Source: Atractiella rhizophila
Lineage: Eukaryota
DNA: 51,203 bases
Assembly (NCBI GenBank): GCA_021432655.1
Contig: MU271515.1
Location: forward strand, 1 to 51,203
Direction of reading: 5' to 3'
Shown here: positions 49,627-51,203 of the stretch, one piece after another
How the letters are laid out: the number at the start of each line of letters is the position of its first letter
Position numbering within the stretch: position 1 is the first letter of the stretch
The notes under the pieces: generated by a model
What the model saw: the letters and a program-made list of their open reading frames with translations, nothing else
Databases searched by the model: none
What the model was told of the DNA's origin: nothing
Made by a program: the position numbers and the translations under genes

Positions 49627-51203
49627 ATGAGTGGCAATATCAAAGTGGCAGTCAGGTGCGCGTCCTTATTCTCAGCTGTAGGTTTGGGTTCAAATACTGC
49701 TGGATGAAGGTGTCGTCCGCTCAACTCAAGAGGTCTGTATCCTCTGTATCGAGCTCGTCAACATGCTCAAGCTTGTAGCTTGCAGAAATCGCCCGTGGTG
49801 CTACAGGGTTGATCCGCATGGAAGGCAAAACAACCTATCTGAGCCCACCACCAGAGGTCAGCCCACCACTGCTCGGCACTTCCATTAACTAAACTATACA
49901 ACGCAGGACGCAACCACAGTTGGCAAGGCGATCGAGAAAGAGACCAAAGCATTCAGTTTCGACCATTCCTACTGGTCCGCTGGATCGAAAGATGACCCTG
50001 ATTATGCTTCCCAGCATACCGTGTATTGTGAGCTATGTGGACCCACCGCACATTCATGTCTGACGCTTCTTGCAGCGGACTTGGGTGTCGATTTGTTGAA
50101 CCACGCTTTCGATGGTTTCAATGCCTGTATCTTTGCTTGTAAGTTCTCCACCTAATCATGATTATCCTCTTTGATTTGGTTCGCAGATGGTCAGACCGGT
50201 TCGGGCAAATCATACGTGTGTCTTCCTCTACTCTAACAGACCGTTCGTCGGCGTTGACGTTTATATTTTAGTCCATGATGGGTTACGGAGAGGACAAAGG
50301 GATCATTCCACTTACATGTTCAGCTCTGTTTGATCGCATCACGGAACGCAAAGTCAAAGATTCTACGACCGATTATCACGTAGAGGTATGTTGCCATGTT
50401 ATCGTCATCCTTTAAAATCAATGGATTTCAGGTCTCATTCTTGGAAATATACAACGAGAAAGTCAGGGATCTCTTGAATCCCAAGAACAAGGGAAACTTG
50501 AAAGTGCGAGAGCATCCTTTGACTGGTCCATATGTCGAAGATCTTAGCCGTTTAGCCGTTGAAAGCTTTGCCGATATCGAACACCTGATGGACGAAGGAA
50601 ATAAGGTCGGCCCCATTGAACGTTTGAAGTTATAACTAAAGATGATGAAGGCACGAACCGTTGCTGCGACAAACATGAACGAAACGAGCTCACGGTCGCA
50701 CTCAGTGTTCACCCTCATCATGACGCAGAAGAAGACAGACCCGGACATCAAAATGGCTTCCGAGAAGGTGTCTCGTATTAGCTTAATTGACCTTGCCGGT
50801 TCAGAAAGAGCAAACTCGACCGGTGCCACTGGAGTGCGACTGAAGGAGGGAGCTAACATCAACAAATCTCTCACGACTTTGGGAAAGGTTATCTCAGCTT
50901 TGGCGACACAAAGCACTGCAACTACCAAGAAGAAAGGTGGCGCGGAACACATCCCTTACCGAGATTCTGTACTGTTCCCTTCCTCCCGAGACTGTCCATT
51001 CATTTGTGACACTAGGTTTTAACTTGGCTCCTAAAAGACTCGATTGGCGGTAACTCCAAAACAGCCATGATTGCAGCGATTTCTCCAGCAGACTATGATG
51101 AGACGTTGTCAACTCTTCGTTATGCCGATCAAGCCAAGAAAATCAAGAACCAGGCCGTTGTCAACGAAGACCCGAACGCCAAACTTATTCGCGAGCTTAA
51201 GGA
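49627..51203 (+). CDS. Kinesin-3 (Unc104/KIF1-type) motor, runs off the window end
   Basis: [22 protein letters not shown]-loop [36 protein letters not shown] and [35 protein letters not shown]. Confidence 0.93.

Overview
Eukaryotic fungal DNA, most likely a basidiomycete, judging by compact genes with ~50-nt GT-AG introns and the protein matches. The left arm (1-14.6 kb) carries CCT7, a Utp8/NOL11-like gene, RFC3, CCZ1, ERD2 and UTP25. The right arm (39.2-51.2 kb) carries GPI18/PIG-V, RAV1, an intronless ~870-aa putative mitochondrial helical-repeat protein and a kinesin-3. Between them lies a ~24-kb nested transposon island with several Ty1/copia copies, at least five LTR types (five solo LTRs with clean 5-bp TSDs), a TA-flanked Tc1/IS630-like DNA transposon with 46-bp TIRs, a CACTA/Tnp2-like transposase remnant and a gypsy-like 3' LTR. 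Repeats show CpG/TpCpG transition decay. The most unusual signals are: (1) an 853-bp segment next to the N gap that is the reversed, NOT complemented, copia protease-integrase region, almost certainly an assembly artefact; (2) a ~390-nt highly structured intergenic region between ERD2 and UTP25 that I could not assign to a known RNA class; (3) a structured, H/ACA-like long intron in ERD2; (4) an 80-bp solo LTR and a chimeric 5' LTR. Two tandem duplications in RFC3 and CCZ1 look like assembly or haplotype artefacts. All identifications are from motif recognition by eye, with no database searches.
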